This document shows positions 55,575 through 64,000 of a stretch of DNA of 64,000 nt, in pieces. This DNA comes from a virus: positions 20,543 through 84,542 of the IMG/VR virus record IMGVR_UViG_3300032561_000012, one strand, 5' to 3'. The notes beneath the pieces were generated by a model. It was not told where the DNA came from. It was given only the letters and a program-made list of their open reading frames with translations, and did not search any database. The number at the start of each line of letters is the position of its first letter. Within the stretch, counting starts at the first letter, position 1. The translations under genes were made by a program, and so were the position numbers.

Positions 55575-56205
55575 CATAGTTTCACTATGGCCAACTAATG
55601 TTCTTTATGAGCAACAGGCTGTTGAAGCTACACAAGATTTTTTGTCTGAAATCTTAGCCATTGGCGAAGAATACGAACTACAACACCCAGAAGCCCACGT
55701 GCCTGTGGCTATGCGCAAAAACAAAGAAAATGTCTACAACTTACTCGCAGATCCTCGTCCAGCCTGTCAACTATTTAAACAGATGCTAAAGTCGCGTATG
55801 CTAGACCTAGCGGGCGTAGAAGGATTTTTAAACACTGTAGAATTTGAAGCTGTTACTAGCCTGCGCAAGTTTGCTCCAGGTGATTATGCTAAACCACACA
55901 ATCACCGTAGTGTGGACTATGTGGCAGTGTTGTGGTTAGCATTAGAAGACACAGATCCGCCAAGCAATAACACACATCAACGCATGACAGGTAATCGTTT
56001 TCATATGATTGATCCAATGCCCTCACGCAGCAGATTTTTAAATCACACTATGTTATTCCCTGTGAGTCCCCGTCCTGGTACCTTTCTAATACACCCAGCA
56101 TCAACATTTCATACTACAGAAGCCAACCTAGGCTCAGTGGATACCATAGCATTGGCTACTAATATCAAAGTTATAGACCCAGCCAGGAACTACGTTACTT
56201 TATAA
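55567..56205 (+). CDS. 2OG-Fe(II) oxygenase-like cupin (TIGR02466-like)
   Basis: LWPT start, PHNH, DP and PRPG.FLIHPA..FH motifs. Confidence 0.7.
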   Translation: MNNIVSLWPTNVLYEQQAVEATQDFLSEILAIGEEYELQHPEAHVPVAMRKNKENVYNLLADPRPACQLFKQMLKSRMLDLAGVEGFLNTVEFEAVTSLRKFAPGDYAKPHNHRSVDYVAVLWLALEDTDPPSNNTHQRMTGNRFHMIDPMPSRSRFLNHTMLFPVSPRPGTFLIHPASTFHTTEANLGSVDTIALATNIKVIDPARNYVTL

Positions 56206-57566
56206 TGGCTAAATTTACTATCCGTGCAGTAAAACCTATTACTAACGAAGAATACACATTTGTGTATGATAATCTAACATCTGAAATATTTGACAGCACT
56301 GGCACTAGATTAGAGTTTAAATCAACAGAAACAATCAACTACGGTACAGTTTTTGCTACTAGTCAATCAACCCCAGCTGGTAAATCACATGATATTACCT
56401 CACTTAAAATACAACTAGGATTGAGTTGCAATTACGAATGTGTATATTGTAGCCAACGGTTCGTGCCTAAGGCAGATGAAACCAACAAAGATGATGTCGG
56501 CCCATTCTTAGCTGAATTGCCTACATGGTTCAATGGTGGTGATGGTACAGGAATTAAAGTTGAATTTTGGGGAGGTGAGCCATTTGTCTATTGGAAAACA
56601 CTTAAACCCTTGGCAGAAGGCATACGTAATTTATACCCAAACATTAAATTTGGCATAGTAACCAATGGTACTCTATTAGATCTAGAAAAGAATCAATGGC
56701 TAGATGATCTAGGATTTAGTGTAGGTATTAGCCACGACGGCCCTGGATACCATGCTCGCGGATTAGATCCGTTTGATAATCCAGAACAGTTTGCTATGAT
56801 CATGGACTTGTGGAATAGATTAAATCCTAGTCGCCGCATAAGTTTCAATGCAATGGTTCATAAAAATAATTCAAGTAGAGCGGCGATTGTTGATTGGTTT
56901 AAAGATCGCCTGGGAGTTGAAGTACCAATGGGCGAAGGTGCTTTTATTGATCCCTATGACGAGGGTGGTGCTAGTCTATGTATGACAGACCCAGCAGAAC
57001 ATGTTGCTTATAGAGTCAATAGTTTTAAAGAATTACGTAACAACCAAGGTACAAATTTGGATGTAGTACGTAGAAGAATCAGTGATTTTATTCGAAGTAT
57101 AGTAACACAACGCCCAGGCACAGCACTAGGGCAAAAATGCGGCATGGATAAACCTGATCAACTAGCAGTAGACTTAACAGGTAATGTGCTGACCTGTCAA
57201 AATGTGTCAGCAGTGGCCACAAGCTTCAATGGTGCTAGTCACCAAATTGGACACGTTAAAGATTTTGACAATATCAAACTCAAATCATCAACACATTGGA
57301 GTCACAGAGCTGAATGCCCTAACTGCCCGGTACTACAGATCTGTCAAGGTAGTTGTATGTTCCTAGAAGGTGACATGTGGAACCTAGCCTGTGACAATGC
57401 CTACAGTGATAATATTCCTTTCTTTATGGCCGCCTGGGAAATACTCACAGGCACAATTCCCTACTATATCGATGGGCCACAAGCAGAAGCACGCAAAGAC
57501 ATTATTGGTACTGTTAACGGAATCCCCGCTAAAAGAACTAAAATAATCCCTATAATCGCTGAATAA
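56205..57566 (+). CDS. Radical SAM/SPASM-domain maturase-like enzyme
   Basis: CNYECVYC, FWGGEP, TNG and SHDG motifs; SPASM cysteines KCG..TCQ..CPNCPVLQICQGSC..AC. Confidence 0.9.
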   Translation: MAKFTIRAVKPITNEEYTFVYDNLTSEIFDSTGTRLEFKSTETINYGTVFATSQSTPAGKSHDITSLKIQLGLSCNYECVYCSQRFVPKADETNKDDVGPFLAELPTWFNGGDGTGIKVEFWGGEPFVYWKTLKPLAEGIRNLYPNIKFGIVTNGTLLDLEKNQWLDDLGFSVGISHDGPGYHARGLDPFDNPEQFAMIMDLWNRLNPSRRISFNAMVHKNNSSRAAIVDWFKDRLGVEVPMGEGAFIDPYDEGGASLCMTDPAEHVAYRVNSFKELRNNQGTNLDVVRRRISDFIRSIVTQRPGTALGQKCGMDKPDQLAVDLTGNVLTCQNVSAVATSFNGASHQIGHVKDFDNIKLKSSTHWSHRAECPNCPVLQICQGSCMFLEGDMWNLACDNAYSDNIPFFMAAWEILTGTIPYYIDGPQAEARKDIIGTVNGIPAKRTKIIPIIAE

Positions 57567-57583
57567 TTTTTTCAGTTATCCGC

Positions 57584-57679
57584 ATAAATACTACTAAACA
57601 CACATCTAGCCAAGGGGAATATGGAACCGCAGGCTGTAACAATAGTGTAAAATTATTATTGCGGAGCTAAGTCCATAAC
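57584..57679 (+). promoter_or_regulatory. Late promoter plus structured 5' leader
   Basis: ATAAATA at 57584-90, then nested stems tatgga/tccata and ccgca/tgcgg enclosing the GGAG. Confidence 0.5.
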
Positions 57680-60600
57680 ATGGCAAATCTAACCAGAATT
57701 CTTAATAATCAGATTACTAATAGTACCATTATTGCTAGTCAGAAAATTGCAGCAGGTACTATTGTAGGTAGTCTGTTTGCTAGTAACGTTACAGTCCCAG
57801 GTGACTTGTTGATTACAGGTAACTTGTTTGTCTTAGGTAACAGTGTACAAACAACTATTGCATCAACTAACACCTACGTTAATGATCCCCTACTTACTCT
57901 AAACAACGGTTTTACTGGTACTAACACCTATGATGAAGGGTTAATATTTAACCGCGGATCTAGTACTAACCAAGCATTTATTTGGAGTGAAACCTATAAA
58001 GAATTCCGTGTGGTTAGCACAACAGAAACTGGTACTACCTACGGTAATATCAATGCTACTGGTCTAGCAAACTTATCAGTCGGCAGTTTTGTTGCTACTG
58101 GTATTGGTAATATTTCTACACTTTATTCAGCAACTGCTACAATCTTAAATGCATATCATACAACATTAAATGTAACTGGTAACGTATTGCTTGGGCTAAC
58201 ACAGGCTGCGGCTATCAATGCTACACCAATTGGTAACATAACACAAGCTTCAGGTCAATTTACGACCTTATCAGCAACAGCAAGTTTCTATGCAAATGCT
58301 GGTACACCAAGCACATCGACATCAACAGGAGCCGCAGTAGTAATTGGCGGGGTAGGGGTTGCAGGTAACATCTACGCTAACAGCATTTATCTAAGTGCTG
58401 GTTCTGTATCTTCAGGTGTATATGCTGGCGCATACACAGATGGTATTGTATTAGATTACCAAACAGGCATGGGTCGTATTAGTGTTGGCTCTAATGACGG
58501 TATTACACTATATAATAACACAGACACAACCAGAGTTGCACTAGTAACAGTTGGGTCTAACGGTAACCTAACAGCAATATCTATCAATGCTACACCAATC
58601 GGTAATGTAACACCAAGCACAGGTGTATTTACAGTATTAAGTGCTAATCAAAACTTATGGGCTAACGCAAGTATAGCAACTACCGCACAAGGTATTGGCG
58701 CAGTTGTAGTACCAAACGGGGGTATTAGTGTTGCAGGCGCAGCAAACATTGCTCTAGGTACAACAATTGGTGGTGCAACACAAATTAACAACACATTAGG
58801 TGTTGGTGGCGTAACTTCAATTACTAATACCACAAATGCGACCGGAGCATCAACTGGTGCATTACAAGTAGCAGGCGGCGCTAGTTTCTCACAAGATGTA
58901 TGGATTGGTGGCAACTTATTTGTTAGCAATATTATAGGGGTTCAAGCTAACATTATTACAGTAACAGACCCGTTACTATACCTAAGAAATTCTAATGTAA
59001 GTGTATACAATTATGATATTGGTTTCTACAGTGCGTTTACTGGCACAGGTCTAGGTACAATTAATCAATATCAACACACCGCTGTTTTCCGTAATCCTTT
59101 AAATAACACATGGAATTTTGTAAGTAACCTTGCAGAACCTAGTGCAAGTTACATTACTATTGACAGTACTACTGTCTACGATCCAATTAAAGCTGGTAAC
59201 TTGCAATTAACAGTTACTACAGACAGTATAAATGCAACTACTGGTGCGCTGATTGTAGCTGGTGGTGCTGGTATTGGTGGTAACATATTCCAGACTGGTG
59301 CATACCATGATTCAAGTTCTAGCAACTTTATCCATATGCCAACGCCAACTACGGCTAACAACTTTGCAAGTGCTACAACAATATTCTATGGTGCACCTAC
59401 TGGCGACTTTGTTATTCGTAACCAAAATATCAGTACAGTACAAACAGGCACAGTAAACCTACTCAATGCCAATGTTACAACACTAAACTTTGCTGGAGCC
59501 GCAACCACAATCAGCGTAGGCGCTGCAACAGGTACAACAACATTTAACTCAGCTACCAATGGCGCTACTTATAGAGCAGGTGCTGTGGTAATCAGTGGTG
59601 GTGTTGGTGTAAACGGTAACTTAAATTTATCTAGAAGTAATTACATAACACTCGGTGCTGACCTAAACAGTAATATTGTTTATCCAGAAAACTCAGTACA
59701 GGTAACAACAACTTCTAACGCAAGTTCTAGAATCAGTATTCAAAATACTAATACAGGACTGTTAGCAACTAGTGAATTTAATGTAATATCTAGCAATGGT
59801 TCTAACACGTCAGCTTACATGTCAGTTGGTATCACTGGTCAAAATTACCAATCAGCCTCTGCACCAATACTTAAACCTCAAGACGGGTATACATACACTT
59901 CAACTGGTAATTTAATATTAGCTAGTGCGAAAGACATATTAATGTCTGCAGGCGGATTAACGGCTATTGACATTATTGTTAGCAATGCAAACGGTAATGT
60001 TGGTGTACAAAATTCAACAGCGGCAACATCGAGTACTACCGGTGCATTAACATCGGTTGGTGGTATTAGTACACAGGCTAACTTATACACAGGCACAGGG
60101 GCAACAATCAATACTAATAATGGTATTGAAGGATTTACTGTTAAGAGCAGTAAATCAGGTAACGTGGCTATATTTGCTAACGTTGCCACACAAAATGGTG
60201 CCGCAACAGAATCAGTGATTATTGGTGGCGGCAACTTAGCTGTACAACCTGGGGTACTATTAAAAGTCAGTGGCGTAACATCAATGATGGTACCGGTTGG
60301 TCCTACATCAGCACGCCCAAGTAGCATATTAGGTGCAGGATATGATGCACAGGGTATGATACGTTTTAATACTACTAGCACCTTGTTAGAGTATTATGAT
60401 GGTACACAATGGCAGGCTGCAGGTAGTGCGTTTACTGTTATTAGCGATCGCCAATTCCAAGGTAATGTACCGGCAGGCTACGGTAACGTTGACGGCACTA
60501 ACACAACATTTACTATCCAAAGTAATTCAACCACAGCAGGTACACTGGTAAGCATCAACGGTGTGATGCAGTTCCCAGTACTGGCCTACAGTGTTAGTGG

Positions 60601-61138
60601 TACAACACTGACATTTACAGAACCGCCAGCACCAACAGATATTATTGACGTTCGTGTGTTGACAACAACTACATCGGTTACTACTATTTCTAGTGCCAAT
60701 GGTCTGAATCAATTAATTGCTGACACCACAGGTGTGAGCTTATGGTCTGGTACTAGTGCAACTACGGAACGTATATTAGTTGACCCAGTGGGCAATTTTA
60801 ACATCTTAACTGGTAGTAAAATTACCTACACACAAACACCAACTAATATACCAACTACAGCTACTCCTGTACTAATTGACAGTTGGAGTCAAACAGCTTA
60901 TACTAGTGCAACATATGAAGCACAAGCTAAAGTTGGCTCAACTAATATGGAAGTCTATAATGTTAAAGCATTAACAGATGGTGCTGGTAATGCGTTTGTG
61001 TCGGTGTACGGAGTAATCAATAACGGTACAACATTTGGTACATTTAGTGCCAACGTTGGTGGCGGTAATGTAAATGTCTACTACACATCATCAATAGCAC
61101 AGGCCAATGTTAAAGCATTTGGTACTTACATAGTATAA
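57680..61138 (+). CDS. Long tail fibre/virion structural protein
   Basis: Repeated STSTGAL.V.GG.G..GN units and GMIRFNTT..LEYYDG and LVSINGV.Q.P modules. Confidence 0.7.
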   Translation: MANLTRILNNQITNSTIIASQKIAAGTIVGSLFASNVTVPGDLLITGNLFVLGNSVQTTIASTNTYVNDPLLTLNNGFTGTNTYDEGLIFNRGSSTNQAFIWSETYKEFRVVSTTETGTTYGNINATGLANLSVGSFVATGIGNISTLYSATATILNAYHTTLNVTGNVLLGLTQAAAINATPIGNITQASGQFTTLSATASFYANAGTPSTSTSTGAAVVIGGVGVAGNIYANSIYLSAGSVSSGVYAGAYTDGIVLDYQTGMGRISVGSNDGITLYNNTDTTRVALVTVGSNGNLTAISINATPIGNVTPSTGVFTVLSANQNLWANASIATTAQGIGAVVVPNGGISVAGAANIALGTTIGGATQINNTLGVGGVTSITNTTNATGASTGALQVAGGASFSQDVWIGGNLFVSNIIGVQANIITVTDPLLYLRNSNVSVYNYDIGFYSAFTGTGLGTINQYQHTAVFRNPLNNTWNFVSNLAEPSASYITIDSTTVYDPIKAGNLQLTVTTDSINATTGALIVAGGAGIGGNIFQTGAYHDSSSSNFIHMPTPTTANNFASATTIFYGAPTGDFVIRNQNISTVQTGTVNLLNANVTTLNFAGAATTISVGAATGTTTFNSATNGATYRAGAVVISGGVGVNGNLNLSRSNYITLGADLNSNIVYPENSVQVTTTSNASSRISIQNTNTGLLATSEFNVISSNGSNTSAYMSVGITGQNYQSASAPILKPQDGYTYTSTGNLILASAKDILMSAGGLTAIDIIVSNANGNVGVQNSTAATSSTTGALTSVGGISTQANLYTGTGATINTNNGIEGFTVKSSKSGNVAIFANVATQNGAATESVIIGGGNLAVQPGVLLKVSGVTSMMVPVGPTSARPSSILGAGYDAQGMIRFNTTSTLLEYYDGTQWQAAGSAFTVISDRQFQGNVPAGYGNVDGTNTTFTIQSNSTTAGTLVSINGVMQFPVLAYSVSGTTLTFTEPPAPTDIIDVRVLTTTTSVTTISSANGLNQLIADTTGVSLWSGTSATTERILVDPVGNFNILTGSKITYTQTPTNIPTTATPVLIDSWSQTAYTSATYEAQAKVGSTNMEVYNVKALTDGAGNAFVSVYGVINNGTTFGTFSANVGGGNVNVYYTSSIAQANVKAFGTYIV

Positions 61139-61147
61139 AGGTAAAAG

Positions 61148-61885
61148 ATGTTAAACATTTCAAAAAGGTATCGCACAGATTATCAAGGCGAAGACATACT
61201 TACCGCTCGTACACACGAAGGGCACAATTGGCATGATGTCGTAGAAACAGTGCCTAATGCCATTACTAATAGTCAGTTATCAAACCGTGCTGTAGTAATT
61301 GGCAACGGTGTTAATAGATTAGATTTTAATCTTAATAACCTAAAACATCCTAGCGGATTATTGGGTGCAAGAACTCTGCAAACCTACGGTTGTAATGCAT
61401 TGTACAGAGATTTTAGTCCTGATTTTTTAATAGTAGTAGGTGATGCTATTATCCAAGAAATCGCCACCACAGGTCCTTATGTAAACGATAATATTGTCTA
61501 TACCAGAGCACAATCTTTATTAGCTTACCCAGGAAAGTTTTACCTAATTCCATATGACCCATATGCAGATGCAGGCACTACTGCGGCATACATTGCGGCC
61601 TTTGATGGACATAAAACTATCTATATGTTGGGGTTTGATGGACAAGACAGTGCAGGGTGGAATAATAATGTCTATGCTGGTACTAATGGCTACGACTCAG
61701 CACAAGCCGACGTAGGACACGACAAATGGATTGGCAGTCGTGCTGCATTATTTACAACCTACGATGAAGTTGATTTTGTTTGGGTTACACCGCGCGGAAC
61801 TAATCTAGTACCAGAACTACACAAAGCCTGTCAAAACTTTAGACAAATTAGTTTTAGAGATTTTGTAACAGAAGCTGACTTATAA
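61148..61885 (+). CDS. Hypothetical protein, glycosyltransferase/MptE(DUF115)-like fold
   Basis: AVVIGNG, YGCNALYRDF.PD and IYMLGFD motifs. Confidence 0.55.
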   Translation: MLNISKRYRTDYQGEDILTARTHEGHNWHDVVETVPNAITNSQLSNRAVVIGNGVNRLDFNLNNLKHPSGLLGARTLQTYGCNALYRDFSPDFLIVVGDAIIQEIATTGPYVNDNIVYTRAQSLLAYPGKFYLIPYDPYADAGTTAAYIAAFDGHKTIYMLGFDGQDSAGWNNNVYAGTNGYDSAQADVGHDKWIGSRAALFTTYDEVDFVWVTPRGTNLVPELHKACQNFRQISFRDFVTEADL

Positions 61886-62308
61886 GACTGATTCTAAGGT
61901 CTTGATCTTTTTACTCACAGCATCAAAATTAATAGTACGCCAAACCCCTGGATGTAAGGGCTTAGGGTGATCTTCTAACGGCACCCAACAAAATCCGCGA
62001 TGCTCATGATTTAATTTTGGTGTAAATTCTTCGTCTACTGGAATTAAAAAAGTATTGTATGAAAATTTACCATTGTCGCTGGTAAATTTTTCTATAGGAA
62101 TAACCTTGACATCATAGAAGTTGTAGCCTAATTCTTCACTAAGCTCTCTATATAACGATTCTAAAAGCAATTCACCTGGATCAATTTTACCGCCAGCTAG
62201 GCCCCAAGTACCTGAATACTTGTCACCGTCACGTAATAGGAATAGATAACGACCAGTTGAAACGCTGTAGATGAATGTGCCTACACCTGCTATATGACCA
62301 AGGTCCAT
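61880..62308 (-). CDS. NUDIX hydrolase
   Basis: Nudix box GGKIDPGE..ESLYRELSEELG plus LNHEH and LHPG; start probably ATG 62308. Confidence 0.88.
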   Translation of the reverse strand: MDLGHIAGVGTFIYSVSTGRYLFLLRDGDKYSGTWGLAGGKIDPGELLLESLYRELSEELGYNFYDVKVIPIEKFTSDNGKFSYNTFLIPVDEEFTPKLNHEHRGFCWVPLEDHPKPLHPGVWRTINFDAVSKKIKTLESVL

Positions 62309-63717
62309 AGGCCGTTTTTGTACTCGCCCTCGTAGCTTTTCACCCATTGTTGAAGAGTCCATTTGTATTGAGTTCCTGTTGTGAGATTGCTTACATATTG
62401 TAGCGTAGTATCGTTCTGGCTGTCAAATGATACAAACCAATGACTGCCATTCCACTGTATAATATCATTGGCATTGGCTATTAGATCTTGTCCATCTGTG
62501 CCCTGCCAAAGTACAGGACCAGATCCACTAGGATTGTTAGAACTGCCAATGGCACCTAAGATTAAATATCTTGTGTTTACTGCACTTGGGTGCGTGATAG
62601 CAGTGGTTAAACTGCTACTAGTTGGATTAATAATAGCATTGATTGGTGCTAGGGTATTACCAGGTATGGTATCAACGTCAACATTAAATAACATCAATGT
62701 AGGATCAGTTGGATGATAGCTAACTGTGCCTACTACTTCTGTAATACCATCTGGTTGTAGTAAGCGTACTTCGCTGATGCCAGGAGCAAGCACACCGTAG
62801 ACATTGACAAAGTTTGCCCAATTATCAGGAGTGCCTACTTTAACTGGGGTACTGGTGATATCTTCACCACCAATGTCTCTAGGGGTTTCTATGTCCTGCA
62901 TTTTTAACAATGTAAGAGTGTTGCCAATTAATAAGGTACCATAGTTCAATGGAGTGAAGTATTGGCGGTTACCTAACAGGTTATCATCGTTTAATACTGC
63001 ATCACTAAGATCACCGTCGCTGTTGTGAATGCTGGCAACAATCTTTTGAATAACTCCTAACTTTTTAACTTTGGCTGGAGGAGTAATCCACACAGGTAGT
63101 TTGAATGTTAGGGTAGCAACATCAATAGGATTGTCTGTACCAATTGGCACTGATCTTGTATTCCAATTTGGACTTTCTAAATAAACAACGCTTAGGCTAG
63201 TCCAATCAATATAGTTGTCTGTTGACTGTATTTCCATAGCTGGATTGAATAAGACAATCAACTGTTCTAGTAACTGTAATTTTTGTTTGGTATTGCTGGT
63301 CCAAATATCTAACTTTAATTCTATAGTATACGGCACAGGCATACTGCGTTCAATAGTAAAGGCATTACCCTGACGATTTTCGTATTCTTGTGTGTCTTCA
63401 TTGTAGTATTTTTGGCGTATGTTCATTTTGCCAACAAAAGTAGGATCCTGCACACGATCACGATCATAGGTTATGTTATTAACATACACAGTCATAGCCG
63501 GTACAGCATTTAAAGTGTTGGGTGCAGCATTGTTGGTGATAATCTGTGCTACTTGACGACTACCATCACCCCAATACACAGGCACACGTTGTAGTGTTTG
63601 GTTGCCTTGACGATCAGCACCAAATTCCACTTGAAATCCCGATACCATACGGATAAACTGCGCTAAAAAGCGTTCTATCTGTCCGTCATAAAAAAACTGT
63701 TGATTAGCTGTAGACAT
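62290..63717 (-). CDS. gp15: Tail terminator/sheath stabiliser gp15-like with C-terminal extension
   Basis: FFYDGQIERF, RVPVYWG, PVPYTI and QLLEQLIVLFNP motifs. Confidence 0.75.
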   Translation of the reverse strand: MSTANQQFFYDGQIERFLAQFIRMVSGFQVEFGADRQGNQTLQRVPVYWGDGSRQVAQIITNNAAPNTLNAVPAMTVYVNNITYDRDRVQDPTFVGKMNIRQKYYNEDTQEYENRQGNAFTIERSMPVPYTIELKLDIWTSNTKQKLQLLEQLIVLFNPAMEIQSTDNYIDWTSLSVVYLESPNWNTRSVPIGTDNPIDVATLTFKLPVWITPPAKVKKLGVIQKIVASIHNSDGDLSDAVLNDDNLLGNRQYFTPLNYGTLLIGNTLTLLKMQDIETPRDIGGEDITSTPVKVGTPDNWANFVNVYGVLAPGISEVRLLQPDGITEVVGTVSYHPTDPTLMLFNVDVDTIPGNTLAPINAIINPTSSSLTTAITHPSAVNTRYLILGAIGSSNNPSGSGPVLWQGTDGQDLIANANDIIQWNGSHWFVSFDSQNDTTLQYVSNLTTGTQYKWTLQQWVKSYEGEYKNGLWTLVI

Positions 63718-64000
63718 TATACTGTTTCCATGTTTCTTAATTTATTCAAATGATCAACCATCTCACAGGTAGCAATTTCATCTGAATTAAAAAAATCAAA
63801 TACTTTTAATATATTATTGTAATATTCTTTATCACTTTCAAAAATTTTATTTTTTAATACACTTTGATGTAGCATTCGTTTTTTAGATATTTTAAAAGAG
63901 CCTTGTGCTGTGCGGAATGACATAGCTACTCTTTTAGTTAATGCGTCTTGTGTTTTGTGTATAAGATCCCCACGCATGATCAGTAAATCCCCCTCAGCTA
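63717..64000 (-). CDS. Partial 2OG-Fe(II)/cupin oxygenase-like protein (5' end outside window)
   Basis: Frame is open to the window edge: ..AEGDLLIMRGDLIHKTQD...RVAMSFR, matching the distal His and Arg of the DSBH fold. Confidence 0.5.
   Translation of the reverse strand, partial: AEGDLLIMRGDLIHKTQDALTKRVAMSFRTAQGSFKISKKRMLHQSVLKNKIFESDKEYYNNILKVFDFFNSDEIATCEMVDHLNKLRNMETV

Noticed and set aside
969-62716. Many antisense or nested ORFs in the track (e.g. 1630-2043, 34373-34939, 51611-52141, 59878-60381)
   Set aside because: They are shadows of long genes with biased codon usage, and have no RBS or recognisable motifs.
1-64000. Stop-codon reassignment as seen in some large phages
   Set aside because: Core genes are intact under code 11, including a 13-kb ORF, and TAG terminates several conserved genes (gp20, gp21, gp22, gp46).

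Overview
This window is 64 kb of a large T4-like myophage (Caudoviricetes) genome, AT-rich and read with standard code 11. It is mostly the virion morphogenesis region. From left to right it holds: (1) a minus-strand baseplate operon (fibre-like proteins, a 4336-aa wedge protein, gp6-, gp25-, gp5-, hub-, gp53- and gp48/54-like genes); (2) a plus-strand block with late sigma gp55, gp47/gp46 nuclease, a radical SAM, an Hc1 histone-like protein and a minimal GIY-YIG nuclease followed by about 450 nt of structured non-coding DNA; (3) gp26/gp51-like genes joined by an apparent -1 frameshift; (4) tape measure and the head module (gp20, gp21, gp22, gp23); (5) many fibre and virion genes; (6) NUDIX and gp15-like genes. 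The most striking element is at 53.2-57.6 kb. Three tandem paralogous small proteins share a conserved N-terminal half and end in (N/A-C)n Cys-rich tails. They are flanked by two 2OG-Fe(II)/cupin oxygenases and followed by a radical SAM-SPASM enzyme, which looks like a phage-encoded RiPP-style modification system embedded in the tail-fibre locus. All family assignments come from motif recognition and synteny only; no database searches were run.
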